A DNA stretch of 64,000 nt from Camelus ferus (lineage: Eukaryota). Position 1 is the stretch's first letter; every line of letters begins with the position of its first letter. This document shows positions 24,228 to 36,910 of this stretch, piece by piece. The position numbers and the translations under genes are program-made. The notes beneath the pieces are model-generated. The model was not told the origin of the DNA. It saw only the letters and a program-made list of their open reading frames with translations, and made no database searches. The stretch covers positions 45,262,001 through 45,326,000 of the forward strand of contig NC_045697.1 in assembly GCF_009834535.1 (NCBI RefSeq), written 5' to 3'.

Positions 24228-25199
24228 GATAGAGAAATATAAGTGGAAAGGGCATTTAGCAGTCATTCATTGTATTATCTGTCCCCAAGGACTTGACCTA
24301 TGTTTTCCTTACTCTTCTTCCTTCTCTGAAGTTTAACATTTTCCTGCCTCTTAACATCTTGTATGAAACTGTCTAGGGCTATGCCCCCACTGCCTGACTC
24401 CCCAGCCCACCCCCACCCCCACCCCCAGGGGCAGTGAGGGCTTCTGCAAGTCTGAGTGTGGGCAATATCTCTTCATACTCATCTTGAAAGAAGTTTCTTT
24501 TGAGAAACAAGAAGGTAGGGAGGGAACAAAGTGGAGAGTTGAAGGACGAGACCCCCTTGGCCCAGGTCCTGACACCAGCCCCTTCCCCACACCCACCTCT
24601 GCCTCTGTGGTGTCCGAGCTTTCTCCCCACCATCGGCAGTTAGACACATCCTGTGGTGACTCAGTCACGGACGAAAGACTGAAATCCACTGAGGAAAGGA
24701 GATTTGTGAAAATCAATGTGGAGTGTGTGAAAGTACAAGCTATCTGACTACCAAACACATAAAGATCAAAACTTATTTGAACACAGAGGAAACTCCCCCA
24801 AGAACACACCTGGGAAAAGCAAACTCAACCTAACGTCCAGCTGGAAGTTGCCACTTGTCCCGGGTCTTCCCTGTTCTCATTTTATTAACCTGGGCATAAT
24901 AATGCTCATATTTCACATGTTTCAAAAAGCTTTTGGAGCTCATTTCTCAAATCATTAGTGGGGTTTGACGGCATTTGTTGATTTATGGATTCATTAATTT
25001 TATGGCCGTGAAGTGATATTTTTACAGCATTATTGTGTTCTCCCTGGTGTAACACCTTCTAAGCAATGTGTTTACATTTAGAGATTGTCTTTCCCAGGGA
25101 CCTCAGAACATGAACAGTGGAGTGAAGTGAAGGTGAAAAGCATGTTGCTACGAATTTTGTCAGCCGAGTTCTACGCCCTGATTGGTCCATAGACAGCTA

Positions 25200-25275
25200 T
25201 GGGACTTGGATCAGTCAAATAACCTCTCTGGGTTTCCGTATCCTTACTTGCACAATAAGAGGATTAAACTATGAC
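25200..25275 (+). mobile_element. MIR fragment
   Basis: aacctctctgggtttccgtatccttacttgcacaataagagg resembles the MIR core. Confidence 0.45.
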
Positions 25276-25569
25276 CTATGGTTCTTTAACTACAGTCATT
25301 TCATTGCAATGCTTATGTCCTTGTGTTCCTAATTACACATATACCTTGATACGTGAATTCACAAAGCTCATGTTTTACGGCGCTGGCTGTAAGTGATTAC
25401 AGAGAAGAGCCCAGTCTTTCCAGTGCCTCTTTCCCCTTGGAGGGATGCCTATGGTGTTTACATTATTGCTGCCGAATTTATAAGGTTACAGATGATTTAA
25501 AGTCATTCACATCCTGATGTTTATATTATGCTTACATCATCGACTCCCAAGCTGTTTAACGGATATCTA

Positions 25570-26085
25570 TGCACAAAAAGAGTTAACGTAGCAGGTCTGA
25601 CTCCTGTCTTACGAATGGCTCGGCTGGCATCTGGGCACTTATATTTGGGGAAAGTTCATCTTATCCTAACTGATAAGGGTGGCTCACTGTTTCTAAGCTG
25701 TTTATACAAACAGTTTGGTTTATGCCCAACACCTGCTTTCTTCTGGAAGTCTAGGATTTTGGTGGGAGAGAGGCAGAGGATGCCTACGTGCCCACCCCCC
25801 GTAGAACTCCTGGACCCTGAGCCTGTAGTGAGCTTTCTTGGTAGAGGGCATCTCACACGTGCTGTCACAGCTTGTTGCTGTGTGACTCCCCGGAGAGAGG
25901 ACTCTTGAAAGCCTGCTCCTGGTTTCCTCCAGGCTCTGCTTCATGGGCCTTTTTCCTTCATTGCTTTTGCTTGGTATCTTTTAGCTGCAATAATTATACC
26001 CATAGGTATTTCTATGTGCTGATCCCGTGAGTGCTCCTAGGGAATTATCCAACCTGAGGATGGATGGTCTTGGGAACCCTCAACC
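25570..26085 (+). mobile_element. MER68/MER21-family solo LTR
   Basis: aaaagagttaacgtagcaggtctga...ggctggcatctggg...actgataagggtggctcactg...ggtcttgggaaccc closely follows the recalled MER68 consensus. Confidence 0.8.
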
Positions 26086-26369
26086 CTGTATCCTTGAAAT
26101 GTTTCCTTTTTCCCTGTATCCTTTCAGGGCCTAGTTCATTTCAGAGACGTTTCTGGTAGGAACAGTTCTATGTTATATATAGATTTCCAGCCCTGTATAG
26201 ACTAAATTTAGAGTGGGGTAGCTGTGTTGCGTGACCTAGGATGTAAAAATACTGTTGCCTTTTTACCCAAGTGTTCTCATGAGCATGAATGTTACAGAAA
26301 AGTAGTTTTCAAACTTAATTTTTCTTTTTTTCCCCAATTCAACAGAGATTTATTGCGCCTCATGTATAT

Positions 26370-26615
26370 ACAGGCACGTGGTTTATTAAGGACTTACTGT
26401 AACGTTGGGTGTTGTTTCAAGAACATCCCTCATTAATTCTGAGAACAATCCTCTAAGATAGATGCCACTATTAGCAGCCTCATCTTATAGATGATGTAAA
26501 TGAGGCCCAGAGAGGCTAAGTAATGTGGCCAAGATCTCACAGCTGGGAACCGGCGGAGCCAAGAAGGGAACCTGGCAGGGTGACTTTGAAGTCCCTGGTC
26601 TTAACCGTTATGCTG
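26370..26615 (-). mobile_element. MIR SINE
   Basis: cttatagatgatgtaaatgaggcccagagaggctaagtaatgtggccaagatctcacagct. Confidence 0.75.
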
Positions 26616-26865
26616 TGTCTCCTCACGTGTTAAAGTATCAGCCGGGCCTCGGTGTCGTTAGGAGCTGGCTTGGTGTATCAGCTGCACCTTGATTTCTCCC
26701 TTAGTTTATATATTTTTCTTGTATTATCACAGTTTCTGTAGTGGCAATTCTTTTAAAGTGATATGAAGCCATGAAGACAGTGAGTTTTCAAGCAGCTTTA
26801 GGAAGGATGGACCTGAAAAAGAGAGGCCAGTTCTGACCTTGCTTTCCATCATTCCTATTACTCAC

Positions 26866-27068
26866 CTGAATTCTTCCCAGCAAGAAAAAGAAGAACACTT
26901 AGAATAGAACTAGAGTGGTGTTGAGAGAGACACCAGCAGCCACTGATATGGAGACCCTCAGAAAAAGTTTCTGTGATCCCTTGAGAGGCAGCCGGCCAAG
27001 AGCTTCCAAAGACCAGGCAGCTGTCTTTGGCCTTCGTGGAGGCCGGACGCACTGAGGGCAGCCTTCAT
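26866..27068 (-). other. Candidate non-coding exon (203 nt)
   Basis: Minus-strand acceptor ttcctgttcag| and consensus donor CAG|gtgagt; stop codons in all three frames. Confidence 0.3.
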
Positions 27069-27144
27069 CTGAACAGGAACATTGCAAACAAATTGTTCTT
27101 TTTAAGAAATACTTTTTAAAAATAGTCAGTCTTTTAAACTTGCT

Positions 27145-27280
27145 TTTTTAAAAATTTTTTGTGGGGGAGGTAATTAAGTTTTTATTTATTGTTTATTTAT
27201 TTTAATGGTGGTAATGAGGATTGAACCCAGGACCTTGTGTATGCTAAGCACGCACTCTACCACTGAGCTATATTTTCCCT
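27145..27280 (-). mobile_element. Vic-1-like SINE
   Basis: gggggaggtaatt...gaggattgaacccaggaccttgtgtatgctaagcacgcactctaccactgagctata. Confidence 0.9.
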
Positions 27281-27739
27281 CAAACTTAATTTTCCAGTCA
27301 TAGAACCCTTTGCATATAGAAAGACCTTAAGGGAAAGCCAGTGTGTATAACATTTCAAAGGAAGGATGCTCTAGTTGGGGAAGGTCTTCCAGCCTTGCTT
27401 TCTCATCCTCCTTCCCCCTTTTTCACATCAAGCTGGGAAATGTGACTTGGAGGTTACTGTTTTCTTTTTATAATATATACCACAACCGTGAGTGCCCCAC
27501 AAGTTACTTCCTAACAGAGGGAGGGAGCTAGCTGATACAGTAATGGTGTTATTTACCAGTGAACTCGTAAGTGGAATGACAGAATTAAGTTATGACCATC
27601 TTGCTAATCTCTTCAACCAAAAAGCAAAACCTGAGCACTGGGGGAGACATGGTTATCATCGCTAAAGGCACAGCTGAAGTCGCACTTCTGTACCTGCCAG
27701 TTTTCCCTAGTAGATCAAAAAGTAGAGAACTAATTATTT

Positions 27740-27900
27740 CTAAACCATGTATTCTGAACACACTATGTATTATTTCATTTAATTTTTAGAAAACCATTAG
27801 AGGTACTTTTTCTCCATTTTACAGACCAGGAAGCAAAGTTTCACATTTTTGCAGAGTTGGGATGTGACTCTACCCCTGACTCTTTTTGCTGTAGCACATT
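27740..27900 (-). mobile_element. MIR fragment
   Basis: tttcatttaattt...ctccattttacagaccaggaagc. Confidence 0.5.
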
Positions 27901-28939
27901 GCATCCCTAGGTGTCAACCTGGTAGGCTGTCTATTGTGTGGCCCAACAGCCAAGCTTACTAACCTCATGCTCTATGTTCCTTTCTTTTACAGCTGCTGAA
28001 GTCCTTTTATTGGAATGAAGAGTGGCTGCAAGGTCCTCCTTCTGCATGGCCTGTGAAATTTAGACAGGGAGATTAGGGGAGAGCCGTGTGGCCATCCCGC
28101 TCGGAGAGGCAGCGTTGACATCTCAATGAGCATGTAGCCAGAAATACCCTCAATGGTCCAGAGGTCGTTGCTAGACTGAGCACACAGGAAATGTTCTTTA
28201 ATTACCACTGGCCACAGCGATCTGAAAGATATTTTGCTGTCTGTGACGGTTTCCTGGCTAGCCTGATGCTGTGTTCCTGATAGCTGCTTGTCAGCCTGAG
28301 TTGCCTAATTGTCTCCAGTTTTTCTGTGTTTCTTGAAGTTGTGCTTCAGTGAATCCGGAAAGCATTTCCTCTTCCTTTCCGGCTTGTGATTATCCCACTT
28401 CAGCTTACCATACAACAGCTGTCTGGGATCCAGCTGTCACCCTCCAATGCATGTGAACAGTCCAGCAGAACGACATTACTCTGGATCCTGGCTTCCCCCC
28501 AAGACTGTGGGAGGACATAACTCCCCACAGAGGATGGGGGATTGTAGCATGAAGGAAGTTAGGACAAAGCTCATAGTTGTAAACACCAATCTATCAACAA
28601 GGTGTAGTCCCAACAGACGGTACAGATTTGAGCAGGGGAGATAATATGCACCCTTATTTTCATTCATTCCCTCCCCTGAGGCTTAAAGACCACAGTGAGA
28701 TACGGTACACTTCTCAGCACTGGCTATGGAGTATGGTGAGAATAAGGGAATTCAGCTCCAGGTGGGAGGTGGAATTCAGCTCTAGGAAACCATGGCACGA
28801 AGGATGGAATTGTAGGCAACAGAAAAAAGTACATCACTCATTACCAAAGACAAAGACCAAGAGCAAAATGGACTCAGTCTGGGTTCAGACTAGGCTCAGG
28901 GAGGTCTGTGGAAAGATTACTAAAAGGATTACAAATTTA

Positions 28940-29130
28940 GTTACTATTGTACATTTTAATCCTTACAATTTAAGAAGTATGTATCATCAATTCTATTTTA
29001 CAAATGAGAACGTCAGAGCTGTGAGGGCTTAAGACATTTCCCAAAGCAATATCATTAGTACATGGTAGAGCCAGGATATGAACCTGGATCGGCTGAGGTG
29101 AAAGCCAGTGTCAGTCAACTAAGCCACACT
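28940..29130 (-). mobile_element. MIR SINE
   Basis: ctattttacaaatgagaac...ttaagacatttcccaaag...ggtagagccaggatatgaacc. Confidence 0.7.
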
Positions 29131-29860
29131 GTGATCAAAACCAAGGCGGCAGTGTCAAGGTGAAATGCCGAAACTGTACTTTCTATCTCCTTCCAGAAAT
29201 GAGTTCTTCTTACCTATCTTGGTTAATGGCACCATTAAGAGCTCGCCCAGTCTGAAACCAAGGATTCATCTTGATACCTGGTTCTCCCCTCACTTTTCAC
29301 GACTCAACTCATATGTCTCCTCCTTAACCTCTTCCAGGGTCAGCATTTCCTCTGCTATGCGCCCATCCCACCCTTAGCGTCTTGTCACATAGTATGCGTG
29401 TGTCTTCCTCCTCCATTATACCCGGACATCTCCAGAGGTTTGGGACTGCCCAGTGCACAGCAAATGCCTGTCACATAGCTGGTACTTTAAATTAAAAATC
29501 TACAGAACGGATAAAAACCAGAATATCAAGGAAAAATAAATTTTTTTCCCTTTAGCACTAACTGGTAGAGAATTTTTTCACCTAAGAGTGTTCAATACCG
29601 TAGTGGGTATTCTCTTCGGTGTTAGTTTTAGAAGATGTGCAGGAGGTAAATGACAATTGCACAATATGTTTATGGTTTTAATAATTACTAATTAAGCATT
29701 TTGGATGGACATAAACCACCAGATGTTATTAAAGAAAATGGCTTCTCCAAGATACTTCAGGCTTGAATGACCTCTTCATCAAACATTCAGTTATAGAAAG
29801 CTATTTTAGACATTAAAACAGAATTGATAGGATTCATACTGAACATCCTTTAGACATGGC

Positions 29861-29892
29861 ATTCATTCATTCATTCATTCATTCATTCATTC
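29861..29892 (+). repeat. (ATTC)8 tetranucleotide microsatellite
   Basis: Read directly; may derive from an L2 tail. Confidence 0.95.
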
Positions 29893-30385
29893 GTTTGCCC
29901 GACATAGACGCTGGATAAATGTGCATTCTGACTCCTTCCCCTTCATTTGAACGTGGGAAATGAAGCTTAGCAGAAGTCAACTGGCAAGTTTAGGGCTAAA
30001 TGTGTGGTTGATCAGCTCACTGTATCTGAGTCCCATGACATTGTTACTACTTGTTTCACAAGCCTGGGGAATAACTACAGCCATATCTCTCACATTTTTC
30101 CTTTCTCTTGAGAAGACCTTTTCTTACTGACAGAAGTCCAGAATCACTCTCTTAATGCTTTCTCTACCCCACTAAATTGCTCAACAACCTTGAGGGTTTA
30201 ATTAAATTGGGGAGGGAAGCTGGGATTAATATGCTTCCAAATGCCAGGTACAAAGAAAACTGGAACAGTGAATCAGTCCATGGGCTCCATTGCTTTTGGC
30301 CACTGCAGTCTGGCATCAGGTGGTTGAGGAATGGCTTGCCGTCTATTCAAAACTCATTGGTGCCCTTTGCTTAGAATTCTAGGCT

Positions 30386-30752
30386 GTTGATGGACACTTA
30401 GGTTGCTTCCATGTCTTGGCTATTATATATAGTGCTGCTATCTACAAAAGAAACAGACTTGTAGACATAGTAAAAACAATCATGGTTACTGGGGAAAGAG
30501 GGTGGGAAGGGATAAATTTGAGAGTCTGAGATTTGCAAATGTTAACCACTGTATATGAAAATAGGCAAAAAAACAAATTTCTTCTGTATAGTGCAGGGAA
30601 CCATATTCAATACCTTATAATAATCTTTAATGAAAAAGAATATGAAAATGAATATATGTATATATATGCATGACTGGGACATTGTGCTGTACACCAGAAA
30701 TTGACACATTGTAACTGACTATACTTCAATTTAAAAAAAGAAAGAAAGAAAA
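30386..30752 (+). mobile_element. LINE-1 with 5' inversion (twin priming) and degenerate TSD
   Basis: About 30384-30441 is antisense L1 ORF2; 30440-30752 is sense 3' UTR and A-tail; flanks agaattctaggct (30373-30385) and agaatcctaagct (30753-30765). Confidence 0.9.
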
Positions 30753-31297
30753 AGAATCCTAAGCTAATGCTGTTTTCAGTTTATACCCACATGGCCAGTG
30801 GTTGTTACCCAAAGCACAGCCACTGGGCTAAGCTATAGAGTGATTTCTGGCTTCAGTTACCCCTGTGTTGGAACTGGTCCTCCCAAGCGATTCCCAAGAC
30901 CTTGTGCTGAATGAAGGTCATCAAAACTGACTTCCCTTGAACAACATGGAGCCTTCAATGATCTCTGCTGCCAGTAAACCCTAGTCAAATCCCACCTGGC
31001 CCACCGGTTTCTCTAACTTACATTCTTTGGTAACCACGAGTTCAGTCTTCCTCCCTCCTTGCCTCCAAATCCTTGGGCTCAATATGCAAATATATACTGC
31101 CTTTTCTTCAGAAATCAGTTCTGCTTTTCAGAATATTTTGAGAAGGAGCTTGGCTTTTTCTCTTCTCCCAGAGGAGTGGGTTTTTCAATGAGAAGGTCAA
31201 CTCTAGTGCTATAAATAAATATAAAATGTATTTTATAATATATATATATATATAATCTATATTTCAAAATCATTGTTTTCCTCTTTTGTCCCTGTCT

Positions 31298-31323
31298 TTA
31301 TCTATCTATCTGTCTATCTATTT

Positions 31324-31379
<56 letters not shown>

Positions 31380-31390
31380 TATATATATAT
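31298..31390 (+). repeat. Compound (TCTA)/(TA)n(CA)n(TA)n microsatellite
   Basis: Read directly. Confidence 0.92.
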
Positions 31391-33074
31391 GAATGTCTTG
31401 CAAATAATTCTCCACTACTCAAGGGGAAATAAATCACAAGATCCATCCATTAACAACACTGCTCTTTGGCACAGATTCTAAGACCACTATTACTGGCCAC
31501 AGAAGGAAGGTGCCAGGCCTGAGGCTAGACTGAACCATGCTCTTGTAATTGCTAGAGAAGTCTACCAAACTGATTAAACTACAGGTCTACTATTGATAGC
31601 TGAGCATACATGAGAAGAAGATTTGTATGTGGTAAGATCTATACTTTTACTCAACCAGTTATTATTTATCATATGGACGCTACGACTAAAACATTTGATT
31701 GTATTCTTCTTGGCTTGAAAATTCAGAACTAACTGAATGGAACTTTGTAGTATGCATGTATTTATTCTAATATTCTCCCTGATTTATCAAAAATAGTTTC
31801 CCTATGCTGACAAATTAACTCTGTTCTCTTTATTCTATTGAGTGAATACATTTCCTTAAAACATCTTTAAATCTTTAAATGTAATTGGATAGAGATTATG
31901 TTAAAAAAAAAACTGAGGATTGATTTGTAGTATCTTTTCCGTATGCAATGGCTGTTTTTAGTACTGCCTAGATCAGATACTTTTCAGAAAAATAATTAGT
32001 ATGATTTACATCCTGTGCCAATTCTTAGTGTATGATATAATAATATACCTAATGGACAGAATCCCACTGACAAGATAACAAACCTTATTTACATCTCTAA
32101 GGGAAGTAGAGAAGGCCATTTGGACTTAAACATAGAGATTTTTTTTTTTTGCATCCACTAAAGAATGTATTTTTAGGCTGTTTAAAATATGCACTCATCA
32201 GAAGATGACACTAGATATATAATGAAGGTCATTTGCTTAAGCATTTACTAGAATCGGTCATGAAGTCATCTCCCTGTACAGACAAAGTTAAAAACCATTT
32301 AACTTCTAGAATTCATCTCTCACAGGCTATATTTGAAACCTATCTTGGGCTATTAATTGAGATGTTCATTAACTAGTTGAAGGCATAAAATACCCTGGGT
32401 AATCTATCTGCTACCACTCAAGCAATGTTAAATAAAGAACTGAGAAGTTGCCCAGAAAATTCATTTTCCCTCTCAATCCAAATACTAAACCCTGGTTAGC
32501 TCACTTCATTAAAACATGGTTCATTTAATGTCAAAGCTAGGCTCAGTGACTTCAATGGCCAGATAACTGTATGGAAAGGAGTAGCCACAGGCTGTAAGCA
32601 CAGAGCCAACAATCTCCCAAGTATATGCCCAGGACTGGAAGAGACAAAGTACGAGCAAGGCAGGCTCAGAGCTCACTTGGATGCCCATGTTAGCTGGACC
32701 ATATTTGAAGGACAGAATATTCCCTGTGCTCATTATTTAAATGCACCTCCAAGAACCAGAGTACCTAGCGTACAAGCACTGTGCTAGGAACTTACATACA
32801 TTATCTTACTCGTTTACGAACTCAGAGCTGAACTAGGAAAACAACCAGAGGCCAGGATGGTAAGAACAGTGCAGACTCTAGGAATTATTATAGCTTCTTC
32901 ATGTGCTTATTGGATTTCTTGTTACCTTTGTGGTAGCCTCAATTCCTTTAAAATGATAAGATCTTTTTTTATAGGAGCACAAGAAAGTTTTGGAAGCTTT
33001 GTGGAGAGCAGAGTTCAGGGTTAGAGAAGATAGTAGCAGCAAAAAGAAGTTGAAAAACAAGAGGGTTCCTGAGG

Positions 33075-33284
33075 CAGTGGTGTGCTGGTAAATGCTTTAA
33101 AACTGGCTGTGGGGGTGGTGCCTCAGTGTGGGATGTTTGCTGGTTTGCCGATGCCCCTGGTGTAAATTTTCTCCCTACTGCCAATTTCAATACATCTACA
33201 CAATGTCACTGAACATGGAATTGGGAAGAGATGCATACACTTGGCTTTGTGGGCTGGTGGAGAGCCAGCTCCAGCACACCCCAT
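33075..33284 (-). mobile_element. MER63A-like non-autonomous hAT (Blackjack) element
   Basis: Terminal inverted repeats cagtggtgtgctgg ... ccagcacacc; internal gtcactgaacatggaattgggaagagatgca. Confidence 0.8.
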
Positions 33285-35359
33285 GGAGAAAAGTGCCAGG
33301 AGCTCCCTTGGTCCCAGAGATTGGGGCCAGCTGGGGTGTATTTTATGTTTCTGCCTTAGCTTTGTGCTTCCTAACGCTAGGACTGTGACTGTCCATCTTT
33401 ACATACTTAACTTCTAGCACAGCATCTGACACATAACATGCCTGTGAATGGCCTGAAAGCCAAGAGCTCAGATTTTAAGTTCAGCCTCTATTGCTGTTTG
33501 AGTGTTCAGCCTTCAGGATGTCACCTTAGCCTCATTTTCCTCACTTGAAAGATTGGAATTTAAAGTAATTCTACTCCTGTGTCATCGGCTCTGAGATGCT
33601 ACACAAAAAGTATTACTTTTCTTCAATCAAGATGCATAGTTTCCCCTTGATTTCTCAAATTGTTTTAAACTTAAGAAATGGTGGTTAGTTTAATAGAAGT
33701 TATTGCTTGTAAACTCATGTGGGCTCTGAGTGAGAAATTCTTCCTTTTCTAAGTGCTTAAAGGACAGTGGTATCTTTATCAGGCATCAATTGTGAAAAAT
33801 CAGATATTTGTTTTCTAAAGCTGAGCTTCACTTCATACTTGGACTCCCATTCTGCTCTCCAGGAGCATATGTAATCTTACAAAATCAAAGAAACCTCCAC
33901 TGAATTCTGCAATTTCTCAGGCAGTTCAGGGCATTCCCCCTCCTCTTGGCACATCCAGGTTTGTGAGCTGTCATTTTCACTTCTGAAAAAGGAGGATCAT
34001 TCAGAATTCATAGAAGCAGCATCAATTTGCTCTGAAGGCTATTGACAGACACCCACGGGAATGGAGCAGGTTATCCCAAATAAACAAGTAGCGATTCCTG
34101 TGATGTCTCGGAGGAGAGACCCTGGGCCTTGGTCACATCTCAGGCTGAGGTTGATGGGGGCGTTTCTAGACTCCAGGGGCAGCCTATCACGCTCCATGGG
34201 GATCAGCCAGGTTGCTCTTGGAGGGGGTAGTATGCACTGCCTGCCCCGAGGACCTTCTGGCAAGAATGTATTCGTGGAGCAGAAGGCTCACACGGGATGT
34301 GGGCAGACAGAACCAACTCAAAACATAATCAGCTGCCTCCCTCCTAGGAAGGGAAACAACATGGAAATTTCTAAAATGCCCTGCTTGGGCTTAGAATCAA
34401 CCTCAAGGAGGAAAGGATGAGAAAAAAACCCTGAGAGAGGGTCTTTCTAATCGTAAACCTGAAGGAGAAAATGGCTGAGTTGTACCAAGTTAAACTCTGA
34501 GATGAGTAGCTTGTTTTCTTTAACAGCCAGAATTGTGGCCAGTAGCCAGAAATCACATTTGATTCTTGACTTGGTCATTGTGGAATTCCTACTTGATAAA
34601 ATAATCATCTACTTTAGCCTTTTATTAGAAATTGACACCAAATATGTCTATCTCCTCTTTTTGGAGGGGGGCAACTTTTCTGCTTCTAGACTCTCAGCAT
34701 CGCCTCTGTTTTCTGTGATTATGCAACAGTTACAAAAATGAGCAATATTCACATTTGCAAATTCTCCTAGTACTTTGAGAAGCGATTCATCTCTGTCTGG
34801 AGATCTGTGTTTATTTAACGCCACTAAGAGCTTTATTTCTAACTGCTTTCCACTTATCCCGGGTTTCCATTTCCTCACTATCGTGTTAGTTCAAGCCCTT
34901 CCAGCTTGAAGATTACTTCTTCTTGTGGATCATGGGGTACTTTATACTGAATAGTGAGATAACACTCACCATTAGCATCAGTTGTGGTTGATAAATGAAA
35001 GAACAGTTGTTATAATTAAATGCAGCCCTGTAGATCATACAATCCAAGTGAAGTGGAGACTTAATATAAATATGCAAATGAATTTAGTCAAGAACACTTT
35101 TTAATTGATTAGGTGATGTGATTTTGCAGCTTAAATTATTTGGATATTCTAAGTGCCCTGGTTTGCCCTTTTACAGCCCAGTGCAGATAAGGTTTATCGG
35201 CAAAGAAATTTCACTGTGGACAGATCCTTAGATAATTAGGATTTTGATTCTCACCTTGGCCAAAGAAAGTCTAAGTCAAAGAATGAAAGGAAGATTTTGG
35301 GATCCTAATAATTTTTCAATCTTTCTGCAGACTCTTCTCTACCACGCTTTTCACAGAGA

Positions 35360-35905
35360 CAGAGGTGGTTGACCGTGACACTGATGGAGCTTAAACTTCA
35401 GGGCCATGGAGTAGCCCAAGCAATGTCTTCATACAGACACGTGTTTTTGTAAATTTTACAAAAGTATGATGTTTAACTGTAATCTGTTCACACCTCTGTC
35501 TGTCATATTTAGTCTCCTGTCAGGGGGTCTTGGGTTGGCTGTGAAAATTTTGGGGATCTTAAGATGAGAGCAGATTTAGGTTGATATGATCTGTGGGGTT
35601 TACAATCAGTTACATTATTGATGGTTTTTCCTCTGTGATGTGGTTTTCACGTGTGGTGTGTGACACAAAGGTGCAGGACTGGAGGTGTATTGTGACACAC
35701 TAGGACTCAGCACTGGAAACAGGAGGGTCCTAGAAGAGAGACAAGGCTGGAAATAGATAGACTCAAGAGCTAATCTGTGGAAAATTATTTCAGTCACTGG
35801 ATATGTACAATTTTAAGCAAAGGATTTCATTCTTGTTGATTCCTAGTCAAAACAGAAGTTCTCACATGTCCAGAATATGCTCAGTAATGCAGGATATATA
35901 TAACT
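35360..35905. mobile_element. hAT-Tip100-type DNA transposon remnant (Arthur1-like)
   Basis: cagaggtggttgaccgtgacactgatggagcttaaacttcagggcc resembles a recalled Tip100-family terminus; right boundary uncertain. Confidence 0.45.
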
Positions 35906-35913
35906 AAGTACCA

Positions 35914-36760
35914 AAGAAATGCAAATCAAATCTGCAATGAGATATCACTTCACACACATCAGAATGGCCAACCTTAAAAAGTTCACAAATGATAAATGCT
36001 GGAGAGGGTGTAGAGAAAAGAGAACCCTCCTACACTGTTGGTGGGAATGTAGTTTGGTGCAGCTATTATGAAAAAACTGTATGGAGATTCCTCAAAAAAC
36101 TAAAAACAGACTTACCATATGATCCAGCAATCCCATTCCTGGGTATATATCTGGAGGAAACTCTAATTCGAAAAGATACATGCATTCCAATGTTTATAGC
36201 AGCACTATATACAATAACCAAGATATGGACACAATCTAAATGTCCATCGATAAATGACTGGATAAAGAAGCTGTGGTATATTTATATAATGGAATACTAC
36301 TCAGCCATAAAAAAGAATAAAATAATGCCATTTGCAGCAACATGGATGGGCCTAGAGATCATCATTCTAAGTGAAGTAAGCCAGAAAGAGAAAGAAAAAT
36401 ACCATGTGATATCACTCATATGCAGAATATTAAAAAAAAGGACGCTATGAACTCATCTACAAAACAGAAACAGACTTGCAGACATAGTAAATAATCTTAT
36501 GGTTACTGGGGAAAAGGGGTTGGAACATATAAATTTGGGAGTATGAGATTTACAAATGTTAGCCACTATATATAAAAAGATTTTTAAAAAGTTTCTTCTG
36601 TATAGCACAGTGAACTATGTTCAATATCTTGTAATAAACTTTAATCAAAAAAATATGAAAAGGAATATATGTATGTATGTGCATTACTGGGACATTGTGC
36701 TGTACACCAGAAATTGACACATTATAATTGACTGTACTTCAATAAACAAATAAACAAAAA
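35914..36760 (+). mobile_element. 5'-truncated LINE-1 (ORF2 C-terminus and 3' UTR)
   Basis: ORF 35989-36450 [21 protein letters not shown]...MEYYSAIKKNKIMPFAATW; same 3' UTR type as 2365-3664. Confidence 0.95.
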
Positions 36761-36789
36761 TAGTCACTATCTGAGAATAGATCACCCTC

Positions 36790-36910
36790 TGTTTTATTCT
36801 GGCTCTACCTTACCAGTGGCACATCCTTGGGCCTACACATCTCTTGACCTGTAAAATGGGGGAAAATATACCCAATTCACAGGGCTGTTTGTTATAAGCA
36901 TTAAATGGGT
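36790..36910 (+). mobile_element. MIR fragment
   Basis: ctggctctaccttaccag...ctgtaaaatgggg...cacagggctgtt...attaaatg. Confidence 0.6.

Noticed and set aside
24351..24809. 152-aa minus-strand ORF
   Set aside because: It crosses low-complexity C-runs, has no ATG start and no recognisable homology
28628..29032. 134-aa ORF and a short ggaattcagctc direct repeat
   Set aside because: The ORF runs into a MIR and resembles no known protein; two copies of a 12-mer do not make an array
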